A DNA stretch of 45,284 bases, taken from positions 1 to 45,284 of the forward strand of contig JAPLWT010000030.1 in NCBI GenBank assembly GCA_026396455.1, written 5' to 3'. Positions 43,433 to 45,284 of this stretch are shown piece by piece; the first letter of the stretch is position 1; each line of letters opens with the position of its first letter. The DNA is from Candidatus Micrarchaeota archaeon. GTDB lineage: Archaea; Micrarchaeota; Micrarchaeia; Burarchaeales; Fermentimicrarchaeaceae. Both the position numbers and the translations under genes were made by a program. The notes under the pieces were generated by a model. That model searched no databases. It saw nothing but the letters and a program-made list of their open reading frames with translations, and was not told where the DNA came from.

Positions 43433-45284
<1,852 letters not shown>

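Overview
This is a densely coded archaeal chromosomal segment with moderate GC (not computed). Many starts are preceded by Shine-Dalgarno-like GGTGA or GGAGG motifs, several starts are TTG or GTG, and neighbouring genes often overlap by 4-20 nt.

The archaeal assignment rests on these genes:
- the rpoA1(partial)-rpoA2-L30e-NusA(KH)-S12-S7-aEF2 cluster at the right end
- S3Ae, S15 and NAC
- L40e, aCPSF1 and proteasome beta
- pyruvoyl arginine decarboxylase and ThyX

I call 60 CDS, one of which is a 47-aa zinc-ribbon ORF missing from the supplied track. I also call four intron-less tRNAs: His-GUG, Leu-UAG, Thr-UGU and Pro-UGG. I saw no rRNA, CRISPR array, transposase, integrase or reverse transcriptase.

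Most of the window is housekeeping or metabolism:
- enolase, ValRS, GlmS and PdxS/PdxT
- a tdh-kbl threonine-to-glycine pair
- a SufS-type desulfurase
- a three-gene COG1900 / NIL-ferredoxin / COG2122 homocysteine-sulfur module

The stand-out accessory region is about 20.7-28.9 kb. It starts with an orphan HExxH protein and a TPR-AAA+ ATPase. It then holds a type IV pilus-like locus: a half-size T2SSF-type platform protein, a pilin-like coiled-coil protein, and a tightly overlapping minus-strand operon of seven prepilin-like genes. Five of the seven carry the G/A-Q-x-S/T-x-E class III signal motif. The set includes a 75-aa sequon-rich candidate major pilin and a 422-aa candidate adhesin. No secretion ATPase or prepilin peptidase lies in cis. 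This locus is my best candidate for an undescribed surface or attachment system.

Lineage cannot be assigned from the sequence alone. Divergent universal proteins, compact genes and non-canonical tRNA positions fit an uncultivated, possibly DPANN-like archaeon, but that is inference.
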